DNA of 64,000 nucleotides. Source: Candidatus Hydrogenedentota bacterium. GTDB lineage: Bacteria; Hydrogenedentota; Hydrogenedentia; Hydrogenedentales; SLHB01. Below are positions 9,004-19,084 of the stretch, one piece after another. The notes beneath the pieces were generated by a model. That model had not been told where the DNA came from. It was given only the letters and a program-made list of their open reading frames with translations, and made no database searches. Made by a program: the position numbers and the translations under genes. Position 1 is the first letter of the stretch. Each line of letters opens with the position of its first letter. Location: positions 32,001-96,000 of the forward strand of contig CAVUWV010000010.1 in assembly GCA_963745075.1 (NCBI GenBank), written 5' to 3'.

Positions 9004-10470
9004 TTGAACACGCGCGAACTCAAGAACCTGGTCGCAGACGGAGAGTCGGAGCGCCTTGAACTGAAGCGCTCCACGGGCCAGAGAACCGAAGCCGCAAAAA
9101 GTGTTTGTGCCATGCTCAATGGCATGGGTGGCTTCGTCGTGTTCGGCGTGACCGACCGGCGAGAAATCGCTGGCCAACAGGTCACAGCGAAAACCCTTGA
9201 AGATATTGCGGCTGAACTGCGTCGGATTGAACCTCCTGCATTTCCCGACATCGAGACGATTACGGTCAAGAAGGATCACGATGTGATTATCTTGAAGGTC
9301 CCAGGCAGCGCGGGACTGTATCACTACGACGGACGTCCCTATGTCCGCCAAGGTCCGACCACGATCGTCATGCCGCGCGAAGAATATGAAAGAAGGCTCG
9401 TGGAACGTCTGCACGCCACACGTCGATGGGAAAATGAACCTGTTGCCGAGGGCGTATCCGTGAAGGACCTCGATAAGCAGGAGATTCAGAACACTCTGGA
9501 CACCGCAATCAGTCTGGGGAGATTGGAGCCCACGGGGCGTCGAGACGTGGAGTCAATTCTTCGTGGATTGGATCTCATCCGCGAAGGCAGACTCCTAAAC
9601 GCGGCCGTTGCCCTCTATGGAAAGAGCAATAGACTCAAAACGCTTTATCCGCAGTTCAGCATAAGGCTTGCCCGTTTTCGTGGCGTGAATCGCCTTGCAG
9701 AATTTTCGGATAACCGGCAGTATTGGGGTCATGCATTCTCGCTCTTGAGCCGGGCTCAGTCTTTTCTCATGGATCACGTACCAATCGCCGGGAGGGTCGT
9801 TTCGGGCAAGATGGTCCGCGAGGATCAGCCGCTCTATCCGCTTCGGGCAACGCGCGAGGCGCTTGCGAACGCTTTCTGCCACCGTGATTACACGGTACCT
9901 GGCGGTGCGGTCGCTGTGGCCATGTACGATGACCACCTCGAGATTACCAACCCTGGCGCGCTTCACTTTGGAATTACCCCTGAGAAGCTGAAAGTGCCCC
10001 ACGAGTCCAAACCGTGGAATCCAATCATCGCGAACGTCTTCTACCGGGCCGGAATTATCGAGCGATGGGGTAGCGGCACGCTCAATATCATCGACTGGTG
10101 CACGGAGAACGGCAATCCCGCGCCGGAATGGCAGGAGCTGGCGGACTCCGTTTTCGTGACATTCCTTCCGGCGGCGCTGCTGGCGAGCCCAGGAAAGGAT
10201 GAGAATAGGGACCAAGTTGGCACCAAGTTGGCACCAAGTAGGCACCAAGTGGCCGTCTTGTATAAGTGCCTCAATAACACTGGTTTATACGAACTGATGA
10301 AGGCTGCTGGACGCACAGACCGCACCAAGTTCAGGAACCAAGTCCTTAAGCCACTCCTTGAAGCCGGACTTGTTGAAATGACGATTCCAGACAAGCCGCG
10401 GAGCAGCAAGCAACAATATCGCTTAACGGACGCCGGGAGGCAATATCTTGCCGACTTGGACAAGGCCTGA
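9004..10470 (+). CDS. Schlafen/AlbA_2 - HATPase_c_4 - HTH protein (RecG-C-like ATP-binding)
   Basis: GESERLELK...CAMLNGMGG.VVFGVTD; REALANAFCHRDY; NPIIA..F...IERWGSG; C-terminal PDKPRSSKQQYRLT. Confidence 0.9.
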   Translation: MNTRELKNLVADGESERLELKRSTGQRTEAAKSVCAMLNGMGGFVVFGVTDRREIAGQQVTAKTLEDIAAELRRIEPPAFPDIETITVKKDHDVIILKVPGSAGLYHYDGRPYVRQGPTTIVMPREEYERRLVERLHATRRWENEPVAEGVSVKDLDKQEIQNTLDTAISLGRLEPTGRRDVESILRGLDLIREGRLLNAAVALYGKSNRLKTLYPQFSIRLARFRGVNRLAEFSDNRQYWGHAFSLLSRAQSFLMDHVPIAGRVVSGKMVREDQPLYPLRATREALANAFCHRDYTVPGGAVAVAMYDDHLEITNPGALHFGITPEKLKVPHESKPWNPIIANVFYRAGIIERWGSGTLNIIDWCTENGNPAPEWQELADSVFVTFLPAALLASPGKDENRDQVGTKLAPSRHQVAVLYKCLNNTGLYELMKAAGRTDRTKFRNQVLKPLLEAGLVEMTIPDKPRSSKQQYRLTDAGRQYLADLDKA

Positions 10471-10565
10471 ATGTGCTTCTCGACCGGCAATTGGTCCAGT
10501 GCGTCGGGAGTAAAATATGGCTTTCCAACATGGCCCCAATGTATTGCAGGCGAACTCGGACTAAC

Positions 10566-13061
10566 ATGTCGCACGATGACGAACGGCTCCGCGAGGACCT
10601 CGCGAAAGCAAAAGAGGAAATCTGCCGACTCCAAGAGGAAAACGGTCGGCTCAAGGCTATCCTGGGCGCATTCTCCGTTAAGTCCGGCAATGCCATAAAG
10701 CTACCAAAGGCCAACGTTCAGCCTGAGCCGAGACCACCGTCAACAAAGCCGCCTACGCCACCGCGCGATTCCCAGATGATGGCTGATCAGCGAATTCAAC
10801 TCTTTCGTGCACTGTTTCGTGGCAGGGATGATGTGTACGCCGTGCGCTGGGAGAATAGGAAGGGGAAATCCGGCTATTCGCCCGCCTGTGCCCACGAGTG
10901 GGACCCGATGATCTGCAAGAAACCCGGAGGCAGGTGCACGGACTGCAGTTATCTTCCGCTCACGGACGATGTCGCTCGCGCCCATCTTCTCGGGCAGAAA
11001 ACCATCGGCATTTATCCCATGCTGAGCGATGAAACGTGCTGGTTCCTTGCCGCCGACTTTGATAAGGAGGGTTGGCAGGAAGACGCTCGAACATACCTGG
11101 CGACGGGCCGGACAATGCATGTGCCGGTGTACCTGGAAAGTTCGCGCTCGGGAAATGGCGCCCATGCATGGATATTCTTCGAGCAAGCCGTGCCCGCGGC
11201 AGCGGCTCGGAAGCTGGGCAGTGCAATTTTGACGGCCTCGATGGAGAAACGTCACCAAGTCGGACTGAATTCTTACGATCGGCTATTTCCAAACCAAGAT
11301 ACGATGCCCAAAGGCGGGTTTGGAAACCTAATTGCAGCCCCACTGCAACGAACACCGAGAGACGACGGCAACTCCGTATTCCTTAACGATGAATTCGAGC
11401 CTCACTCCGACCAATGGAGCTTTCTCGCCGCGGTTAAACGTCTCTCCATCGGTGCACTCAAACGGATTGTCCGAGATGCCGAACAGCGAAACATCATCGT
11501 GGGTGTTCGCCTGCCGATTGTCGATGAAGCACTCGGGGAAGATCCTTGGACACTGCCCCCGTCGCGGAAACGTGCTGAACCTCCAATTCTTGGCCCCTTG
11601 CCGAAGGATTTGACTGTCGTCCGGAGCAATCTACTCTATTTGGAGATGCGTTCACTGAATCCTTCGTTGACCAACCGGGTCATTCGGCTGGCGGCGTTTC
11701 AGAATCCCGAATTCTATGCCGCCCAGGCGATGCGCCTTTCGACGTTTGGAAAGCCACGGGTAATTGGTTGTGCGGAAGAGTTTCCCGACCACATCGGGAT
11801 TCCGCGTGGGTGCCTCGAAGATCTGAAAGACCTTTTTGAGTCGCACGCGGTTGAGTTCAAAATCAAAGACGAGCGCCTGACGGGAACACCTGTGGCGTTC
11901 TCATTCCACGGCCAACTCAGTAGCGAGCAACAGTCTGCGGCCGAGGAGTTGGTTAAACACGATGATGGTGTCCTCGTAGCGCCTCCCGGCTTCGGCAAGA
12001 CCGTGCTGGCGGCATGGATCATCGCGCAAAGAAAGGTGAATACACTCGTTCTTGTACATCGTACGGCGCTCTTGGAGCAATGGCGTGAACAACTCGCCCT
12101 CTTTCTAAACGTTAATAGACAGTCGATCGGAACGATAGGGAGTGGACGGCGCAAAGCTACGGCTCTTCTGGACGTCGCAATGATGCAGACTCTCCAGAGG
12201 AAGGGACAGGTAGCTGATCTCGTGGCTGACTATGGCCTCGTCATTGCAGACGAATGTCACCACCTTTCGGCCTTCACATTCGAGCGCATCATGAGGGAGG
12301 TCAAGGCGAAGTACGTGCTCGGCCTGACGGCAACGCCAATTCGAAAAGACGGGCACCACCCCATCATATTCATGCAATGTGGTCCGATCAGGCATCGCAT
12401 CAGCCCTAAACTTGCCGCGGCGCGTCGGCCATTTCAACATGTGGTCATTCCCCGAGTGACAAGACTGGTCGTAAACAAACCAGAACCCTCGATTCATGAC
12501 GTTTACCACGCTCTCACCCACGACGAGACACGAAATCGCCAAATCATCGACGACATCGCGCGGGCGGTCAATTCGGGGCGCTCGCCGATTGTGCTTACCG
12601 AGCGTGTCGACCATCTCACAACGTTGGGAGCCATGTTACGAACGCGAGCAGTGACGCAGAAGATCCTCATCTTAAGAGGTGGAATGAAGTCCAGTGAACG
12701 GACCGATGCTCAAGAAGCTCTCTCAACAGATAGCGCCAATGAAACTATCGTGATCCTTGCGACGGGGAAATTCATCGGCGAGGGGTTCGATTATTCCCGA
12801 CTCGACACACTTTTTCTCGCCATGCCCATATCATGGCGGGGCACACTGGAACAATACGTTGGCCGTCTACACCGATTGCACGAAAGCAAGCGCGAGGTGC
12901 GGGTGTACGATTACGTGGACAGCAACGTATCGATTCTCACGAGGATGTACGCAAGGCGACTTCGTGGGTATCGGGCGATGGGGTATACCATTCAAACTCA
13001 TGAAGAACAGTTGACGCTTCTGCCCGCGCCCCAAGACTTTCCAGACTTGGAACAGAATTGA
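10566..13061 (+). CDS. TOTE-type archaeo-eukaryotic primase fused to SF2 (DEAD/DEAH) helicase
   Basis: LFRGRDDVYA, AADFD, SRSGNGAHAWIFF, YDRLFPNQD..PKGGFGNLIA; APPGFGKT, DECH, GLTATP, QYVGRLHR. Confidence 0.9.
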   Translation: MSHDDERLREDLAKAKEEICRLQEENGRLKAILGAFSVKSGNAIKLPKANVQPEPRPPSTKPPTPPRDSQMMADQRIQLFRALFRGRDDVYAVRWENRKGKSGYSPACAHEWDPMICKKPGGRCTDCSYLPLTDDVARAHLLGQKTIGIYPMLSDETCWFLAADFDKEGWQEDARTYLATGRTMHVPVYLESSRSGNGAHAWIFFEQAVPAAAARKLGSAILTASMEKRHQVGLNSYDRLFPNQDTMPKGGFGNLIAAPLQRTPRDDGNSVFLNDEFEPHSDQWSFLAAVKRLSIGALKRIVRDAEQRNIIVGVRLPIVDEALGEDPWTLPPSRKRAEPPILGPLPKDLTVVRSNLLYLEMRSLNPSLTNRVIRLAAFQNPEFYAAQAMRLSTFGKPRVIGCAEEFPDHIGIPRGCLEDLKDLFESHAVEFKIKDERLTGTPVAFSFHGQLSSEQQSAAEELVKHDDGVLVAPPGFGKTVLAAWIIAQRKVNTLVLVHRTALLEQWREQLALFLNVNRQSIGTIGSGRRKATALLDVAMMQTLQRKGQVADLVADYGLVIADECHHLSAFTFERIMREVKAKYVLGLTATPIRKDGHHPIIFMQCGPIRHRISPKLAAARRPFQHVVIPRVTRLVVNKPEPSIHDVYHALTHDETRNRQIIDDIARAVNSGRSPIVLTERVDHLTTLGAMLRTRAVTQKILILRGGMKSSERTDAQEALSTDSANETIVILATGKFIGEGFDYSRLDTLFLAMPISWRGTLEQYVGRLHRLHESKREVRVYDYVDSNVSILTRMYARRLRGYRAMGYTIQTHEEQLTLLPAPQDFPDLEQN

Positions 13062-13072
13062 GAAAGGGTCGT

Positions 13073-13489
13073 ATGTCCATGAAACACAGAGCCTGGGCTT
13101 GGGGCCCAACAAAACCCTCGAAAGTCCCGGAATCGGTGCGGGTAGATTTGAGTGCGCGGGCGCAGGCGCTAGTGGAGGCGGAACTCAAGCCGCGGCATGT
13201 GAAACCACCATCGATCGATTCCGACCTCAACTACATCGTGGATATTTCGACAAAATGGCGCGGGCGGTTCTTCTACTTTGTTTCAGAATATGCGTGCCCG
13301 GGGCCGAACGCGCTCTCGCCCTATTTTGAGACAGGCTTTGCCCGGCTCGAGTACCAAAGAGATGGCCGTTTCAGCCTGGCATTCATGCGGCACACGGGCC
13401 AATGGTGGCAGGTCTACACGGACTTAACGGTGGACGACGCATTAAACCAGATTCGCGAGGATGCATTTTTTCAACCGTGGGGTGATTGA
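13073..13489 (+). CDS. Conserved hypothetical protein (DUF3024-like)
   Basis: KWRGRFFYF...FARLEY...FSLAFMRHTGQW. Confidence 0.65.
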   Translation: MSMKHRAWAWGPTKPSKVPESVRVDLSARAQALVEAELKPRHVKPPSIDSDLNYIVDISTKWRGRFFYFVSEYACPGPNALSPYFETGFARLEYQRDGRFSLAFMRHTGQWWQVYTDLTVDDALNQIREDAFFQPWGD

Positions 13490-13592
13490 ACCGTTAACCA
13501 ATGAAGGCAGAAGAAGCGAAAGGTCCGGGTCCGGCCGGTCCGCCATCGCATCGGAATTCTGATCCCCAGCAAACGCCCGTTAGGCTGGTGTC

Positions 13593-14750
13593 TCAGCCAA
13601 TGAGATTCGCTTTTCGGATTCTGTCCAGAAGGGTAGGCTTTCGTGCCTGCTCGCGATATAGGGCTTCGATGCGTGACGAGAACGTTTTTCGTTGGCCTGT
13701 CATTGCGGCTACTTCATGAAGATCGTGAAGAAGCGAGACCGCCTCGTCGTACCGCTTTGGCTGTTTTGTGGCGACCAGCGCGTCCACCTTGGACCAAAGG
13801 GTATTCTCTTTGCCAATGAGCGATTCGAGGTGCTTCTTGCGTTTTTCGGCCTGCTCTCGTTCGCGCTTGGCGTTCTCTTGCGCCCGCTTTTTAGCCTCCC
13901 TCCGCTGTCTATCGTTGGCAATCGATTCGGCCCGCTCGACAAGCTGCATGACACGACGCCGTTCGTTCTCCTTCACGTTGCGGTCGGACTGTGTGCCGCC
14001 ACGTAACTCGTGTAAAGCGCGCTGCCTTAGCTCATCGCCAACCTGCGAATTCCTATCTTGAAGCAGTGTCACGATCACGTTGTCTTTTTCTTCTGACGGC
14101 AGTTTGGCCACCCATCCGGAAATCTCTGCTCGCGACGAAGTCGAGGTTGACTGCTCTTTACTATGCTCAGCGGCCACTGAGATCAAATCGTCGTCAATAC
14201 GAAGAAAATCCACGAGGCCCCGAAGTGGCGCGCTCAATTCTCCCAACCCGGAAGGCACGGGCGGCTCAGTGGTATCGCCATCCAACTCGCCCGCTTGAAG
14301 GGCCAGCAGCCATCCGAGGTAGAGGCAGCGGTAATCGCCGTGCATGAGGTCTGACCGAAGCGCCGTGAGCGAAGCCAACCACCCCTCCCCGTCTTCCCAC
14401 TCGCCAACTTCATCTTCCGAGTCGAAGAAAAGGATGACGTGTTCGCCCTTCATATGGAACGAAAAACTTTCGCTAGCACAGTATTGTGACACCAATTTGG
14501 GGTCGAGCAGCCGCTTCGGAACACGCAGCATAAACCAGCGGCTTCCCCAATTGGTCACGTAAAGAAAGGCGTCGAAATACTTCTCCATCCATTTGACTGG
14601 GTCGCCCTTGAAGTTGCCCCAGTCGTATTCGTTAACAAAGCTGGTAGGCGTGATCCGCGCACGGGAGGAATATGATCGCAACTCATCCATCTGCGCACGA
14701 GTCAGGGGGCGGTCTAATGCCTGGAACTCATAGTACTGGTACTCGCTCAT
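13593..14750 (-). CDS. Conserved hypothetical protein (MSEYQYYEF family)
   Basis: MSEYQYYEFQALDRPLT...SSRA.IT...YFDAFLY..NWG; C-terminal coiled coil. Confidence 0.8.
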   Translation of the reverse strand: MSEYQYYEFQALDRPLTRAQMDELRSYSSRARITPTSFVNEYDWGNFKGDPVKWMEKYFDAFLYVTNWGSRWFMLRVPKRLLDPKLVSQYCASESFSFHMKGEHVILFFDSEDEVGEWEDGEGWLASLTALRSDLMHGDYRCLYLGWLLALQAGELDGDTTEPPVPSGLGELSAPLRGLVDFLRIDDDLISVAAEHSKEQSTSTSSRAEISGWVAKLPSEEKDNVIVTLLQDRNSQVGDELRQRALHELRGGTQSDRNVKENERRRVMQLVERAESIANDRQRREAKKRAQENAKREREQAEKRKKHLESLIGKENTLWSKVDALVATKQPKRYDEAVSLLHDLHEVAAMTGQRKTFSSRIEALYREQARKPTLLDRIRKANLIG

Positions 14751-14965
14751 TGTTGTGATGACTCCGGCGAATTGCACGTTACCGACTTAGTGCTGGGGCG
14801 TCAACGTCCGGTCTGCCGTTTGCTCTTTCCAATGTTGAGGGGCGCATCCTTAGTCCGGCGATGATTCAGTTTATATCAACGGTTCCGTGAGCACGTATCG
14901 GATTTCGCAAAGACACCCATTTCCCCTCGTGGCGGCGGGATTACACACCAACTTAGAAAATGAAG

Positions 14966-14986
14966 TGTGCAATATGTGTGCAATGG
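14966..14986. promoter_or_regulatory. Putative arm-type integrase binding site pair, islet B right end
   Basis: TGTGCAATATGTGTGCAATGG, about 135 bp from the tmRNA 3' end. Confidence 0.6.
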
Positions 14987-15120
14987 GGTTCGGTGGCACA
15001 ATCCGCTGTCTGTGTAAGTTGTTGGCCAACAACTGCTTCGGGAGTGTGCAAGCCGTTACTGGCGGCGGGGTTAGTCCTGACGCCAAAATCATCGTAAGCA
15101 ATTGCTACTAAATAACTTAA

Positions 15121-15478
15121 TGGTGGAGGCGGCGGGAATCGAACCCGCGTCCGAAAGTGCATCCCTGTGAGTATCTACGTGTGTAGCCCGTCCTTTAGGA
15201 TTCGCCGCCGTAGAGCGCGTCGGGCTCGCTTTCCACGGTCGCTAGGCGGGGTCGATACTCTCCGCCGAAGTCCCCGCCGGACTCCGGCATCGAGGCCCGC
15301 TGTCGTCGCCTTAGCCCCCTAGCAGGCGGTCGGAGGTAAGACGCGCTACCCTAAATTAGGCAGCGAGTGCCAATGGTTCGTTGGCATTTGTTTGGTAATC
15401 GGCTTTTTACGAGGCCGGCCGATTAACCTCGACACGCAACTCACGCTTCTTCACTCCCGTCGAAACCATGTCGCCCCC
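15121..15478 (-). ncRNA. ssrA: tmRNA; tag peptide (A)ANEPLALAA*
   Basis: 5' GGGGGCGACATGGTTTCGAC; 3' GGGTTCGATTCCCGCCGCCTCCACCA; internal GCCAACGAACCATTGGCACTCGCTGCCTAA. Confidence 0.97.
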
Positions 15479-15670
15479 ACGGGCGAACCATTTAGTGACG
15501 GTGATATGCGCACTTGAATGCGCTGTTTCCAACACCCTCATTATGCCATAAGATCGGGTATCCGCGCGAACACCGCTCGGTTCCGAAAACGTCGCCCCCT
15601 TCGCAAGTCTAGATCGTCCATTCCGATCGACGCTTCCCATACCCGGCGCCGAGTGGTAGAATCGGGCTCC

Positions 15671-16639
15671 ATGTTCCGCAATTTCACCATATCGTACGCC
15701 CGCAAGAACATCCGCATGCGCGACGTTCGTCCCCTGAGCTTTCAGCGCCAGAGCGTGGCCTATGTGCTGTCCCTCGCGACACGCCAGATTCCCCTTGCCG
15801 CGGGCAACGTCGAGTTCGACATGACCCCCGTCATCGAGTATGGCGAGCGGGTAATCGCGGAAACGAAGGCGAAGGAGGGCGAGCGCTCGAACGACGACCT
15901 GGTACGAATGGCGGTCCACCGCAATCTCTCGGCGTTTTACCTGAAGACTATCGCCCACGTGGTGTACCACGTTCCCATAATGAACTCGATTCTGGATTGG
16001 ACACCGATTCGCGACGGCGGGACCTTGTATGAATTTGAGGACATTTGCCCGTCCTTTACCGTGCACACGAAGCAGGGCGTGCTGGCGCCGGTGGTTCAGA
16101 ATCCCCACCAGCGGCCCTTGATCGACGTGGCCAATGAGATGCGCCGGCTTACCCGAAAGGCGCGCCGCACGGACATGAACGAACTGTACCGCCGCTGTGC
16201 CTTGGAGTACTTGGGCTACGCGTTGCGCGAGTTGAATCTCTCGGGGTTCACGGGCGCTTGGCTCTGGGCGAAGTCCTGCCTGTGGCCGGAACCCAATAAC
16301 GACGACGTACGCAATGTGCCGGAAGACGAGAAACTTCGGCCGCGAGACGTCATCGGCGCGACGACCACCATCGCCAACATCGGCATGTCCGTTGACGGCT
16401 GGCAAACCATATCCGCCATGCCGCCCTCTTTTACCTTCGGCTGGGGGATCGGCCACGTGCGTCAAGTGCCGCGCATCGTCGACGGTAAGATCGTGCCGCG
16501 CCACATCGTGACCATGGCTGTCGTCTTCGATCACCGCGCCATGGACGGCGGCGACATCTTCCCCTTCGTGGACGTCATGAACGGCTACATCAATAACCCC
16601 GAACGCATCTTCGAATGGAAACTCGGCGATCCCATCTAA
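15671..16639 (+). CDS. Stand-alone 2-oxoacid dehydrogenase E2-like acyltransferase catalytic domain
   Basis: TIANIG, FDHRAMDG catalytic motif; no lipoyl domain. Confidence 0.75.
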   Translation: MFRNFTISYARKNIRMRDVRPLSFQRQSVAYVLSLATRQIPLAAGNVEFDMTPVIEYGERVIAETKAKEGERSNDDLVRMAVHRNLSAFYLKTIAHVVYHVPIMNSILDWTPIRDGGTLYEFEDICPSFTVHTKQGVLAPVVQNPHQRPLIDVANEMRRLTRKARRTDMNELYRRCALEYLGYALRELNLSGFTGAWLWAKSCLWPEPNNDDVRNVPEDEKLRPRDVIGATTTIANIGMSVDGWQTISAMPPSFTFGWGIGHVRQVPRIVDGKIVPRHIVTMAVVFDHRAMDGGDIFPFVDVMNGYINNPERIFEWKLGDPI

Positions 16640-16657
16640 CGCCGCGGCGGACACTAC

Positions 16658-16937
16658 GAACATCCCCCTTGATCCCCCTTCCAAGGGGGAGCCGACAAAA
16701 GTCGCCAAAGGCCCGGTTTGTGCAAAAGCGGTCCGGGAACGGCAAGGACTTGCGCGGTACCCAAGGACTATACATCGACTTTTGTCGGTCCTGTCTTCAA
16801 AGGGGGGAATGTCTCGCAACGCTTTGCGTTTCGTTCAGACGTGTCAGAGCCTCGCATCGAAGCTCACCGCGGCACACACGTCCAAAAACGTTACGACGCG
16901 CAATTCCCCCTTTGAAGGGGGATCAAGGGGGATGTTC
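16658..16937. repeat. Inverted doublet of CCCCCTT/AAGGGGG REP-like palindromes
   Basis: GAACATCCCCCTTGATCCCCCTTCCAAGGGGGAG (16658-16691) and inverted copy 16904-16937; partial copy about 16795-16809. Confidence 0.85.
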
Positions 16938-16962
16938 TTTCCATTTACTACATCTGCGCGCG

Positions 16963-17769
16963 TCATAATTGCTTGTGATTGACGAGCCGCTTTGTCACGT
17001 GACTCACGATTGCGATGGCCCAGCGCCGGGGCAGCAGTCGCGCCAGGAACGCGGATAGACGCGTCATGAGCGGGGCTGCCACCGGTTTCTTTCCCAATTT
17101 GTGCAATGCAAGCGCGGCCACGGCTGCGGGTGACGACGACACACGCCACATGCGTTCACAATCGGCCTCGGAAAACCCTTCAGCTTTGAAGAAGTCCGTC
17201 TTCATCCCCGCCGGGCAAACCGTCAAGCAATCGATGGGCGTGTCGCGAAGTTCCCCCCACAACGATTCGCCGAAATGCAGGAGAAAGGCTTTTGATGCGC
17301 AGTAGGCCGCTTCAAAGGGACACGAGATGAAGGCCTGAAGCGAGGACACGATGATGATCGCCCCGGCGCCGCGATCCAACATCTGCGGAAGGTAGGCCCG
17401 TGTGAGCAGCAGGGGGGTTAGGCAATTCAGATTGACCAGCCGCGACAGTTTTTCCGGATCGCGCGTCTGGAAATCGCCGCCATGAGCTACCCCGGCGCAA
17501 TTAACCAACATCCCCACCGGCACGTCTTCCGTCGCCCCCCGCAACCGCCGGATGCCTTCCTCCGTGGAAAGGTCGATTTCGAGTGGTCGGCAGGTGACTC
17601 CATGATCGTTCCGAAGTTCGCCGGCCAACGTATTCAACGCTTCCGCGCCCAATCCGACGAGGATACAGTTGACGCCTCCGGCGGCAATCGAGCGAGCGAA
17701 TTCAACCCCGAGTCCCGAAGACGCGCCCGTTATGAGAGCCCAGCCCTGGTAGCGCGTGAGATCCGTCAT
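16963..17769 (-). CDS. Short-chain dehydrogenase/reductase
   Basis: TGASSGLG, NCAG, YCASK. Confidence 0.9.
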   Translation of the reverse strand: MTDLTRYQGWALITGASSGLGVEFARSIAAGGVNCILVGLGAEALNTLAGELRNDHGVTCRPLEIDLSTEEGIRRLRGATEDVPVGMLVNCAGVAHGGDFQTRDPEKLSRLVNLNCLTPLLLTRAYLPQMLDRGAGAIIIVSSLQAFISCPFEAAYCASKAFLLHFGESLWGELRDTPIDCLTVCPAGMKTDFFKAEGFSEADCERMWRVSSSPAAVAALALHKLGKKPVAAPLMTRLSAFLARLLPRRWAIAIVSHVTKRLVNHKQL

Positions 17770-19040
17770 CGATTGCGGTTCGCCCACTTCTGGATGGTCG
17801 CGGGACCGCAGGGCTCGCCGTTCCGTGCAATATCCTCGAGTATCTTGGCGGCCGTGGCCGCACCGTTCGCATTGGCCACGACTTCCGAAAAGCTGCGCGA
17901 CGTCTCCCGGTACTTCGGGTTCGTCATGACTTCATCGAGGGCATTTACCAGCCAGGCCGAAGTCGTTTTCCGGGCTTGATTGCAGAGCCCGAACCCGCGC
18001 TTCGCCAGCATGGCGCCCGTGAGTTTCTGCTCCAACTGGTTCCACAGGGCGATCATGGGAACGCCCGCTTCGAGCGCCTGATACATGGTGCTGTTGCCGC
18101 CATGGAATATGATAGCCTCGCAGCGTTTTAAGATGGCCCGGCCCGGCGCGTAGTCCGTGACGCGGAAATTCTCCGGCGCCATGGCGATGGTTTCGTCCGT
18201 GGCTTGACCGCCGGTAGTCACCACAAATCGGTACGGGAGTTTTGCGAAATCGTCGTACACGCGCCGCAACAGGGGATCGAGCATGCCCGTCGTGCCGAGT
18301 GAGAAATAGATATTGGTCTTTCCGTCGTCCAATTCGTCGAACCAGTCGGGCATATCGGTGGGCGGTTCGGAGAGGATCGGTCCCACCATCTGCCAGTTCC
18401 AGTCGTCGGGATAGTCGTACAAGCCCTCCAGATCGGGAGAGATCATCGGGATCGCTTTCAGGAGCTTTACGGAATCGAGCGGTTTGACGTTGTGTTTGCG
18501 ATAGACCTTGCGCCGGAAGAAGGGTTCGAGGTGCAGCTTGTCCCAGAGGTATATCGCCGGATACGTGATGGACGGCCACGAGACGAACTGCCCGGCGTAC
18601 GAGTTCTGGATCCCCGCCGCCGGAATGCCCGTCACATACGCCGCGTTGCTCGCCGCGATGGAGGCATCGCCCACGATAATATCGGGTTTTTCGGTCTCGA
18701 TGGCTTCGATATACCCCTCGAAGATCTTGTCGAGTGGCGACCAGGAACCGAGGCGTAACAGTGCCAAGCCGACGGCAAGAAATCCGCCCTTCTCAAAGGT
18801 GTCGAAAATGTAGCCGTAGTTCTGCTCCATCGTGTAGTGGCAGCGGAACCCGTTCTTGACCGCGACGCTGCTGCGCCAGCCCGGCCGCTCGGGGTTCTCC
18901 ACCGCGAACACGACGTCATGCCCCTGGTCTCGCAGCACTTTGCCGATTTCGACGCACCGGCACACATGCGAAAGCATGTACGACATCGGTGCGAACATGA
19001 ATTTCAATGGACGGTCCTGTTTTGAAGTTTCCACCGCCAT
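17766..19040 (-). CDS. GT1/MGT-family glycosyltransferase
   Basis: SHVCR..., YFSLGT, FHGGNST..AL.AGVPM...EQ. Confidence 0.85.
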   Translation of the reverse strand: MAVETSKQDRPLKFMFAPMSYMLSHVCRCVEIGKVLRDQGHDVVFAVENPERPGWRSSVAVKNGFRCHYTMEQNYGYIFDTFEKGGFLAVGLALLRLGSWSPLDKIFEGYIEAIETEKPDIIVGDASIAASNAAYVTGIPAAGIQNSYAGQFVSWPSITYPAIYLWDKLHLEPFFRRKVYRKHNVKPLDSVKLLKAIPMISPDLEGLYDYPDDWNWQMVGPILSEPPTDMPDWFDELDDGKTNIYFSLGTTGMLDPLLRRVYDDFAKLPYRFVVTTGGQATDETIAMAPENFRVTDYAPGRAILKRCEAIIFHGGNSTMYQALEAGVPMIALWNQLEQKLTGAMLAKRGFGLCNQARKTTSAWLVNALDEVMTNPKYRETSRSFSEVVANANGAATAAKILEDIARNGEPCGPATIQKWANRNR

Positions 19041-19084
19041 ACCTACGAAACATCCCCTGGCAAAAGCGATGGGGCCATCCCGAA

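Larger units (their letters stand above)
8577..15146. mobile_element. Genomic islet B (inner) at tmRNA 3' end, no integrase gene
   Basis: Bounded by the tmRNA 3' end and its copy; TGTGCAATATRTGTGCAATGG near both ends; visibly more AT-rich codon usage than the core genes. Confidence 0.85.

Noticed and set aside
15407..16819. Long antisense ORFs (e.g. 15407-16819, 23647-25167, 32496-34394, 40995-42782, 61574-63058)
   Set aside because: Shadow frames opposite well-supported genes in high-GC DNA
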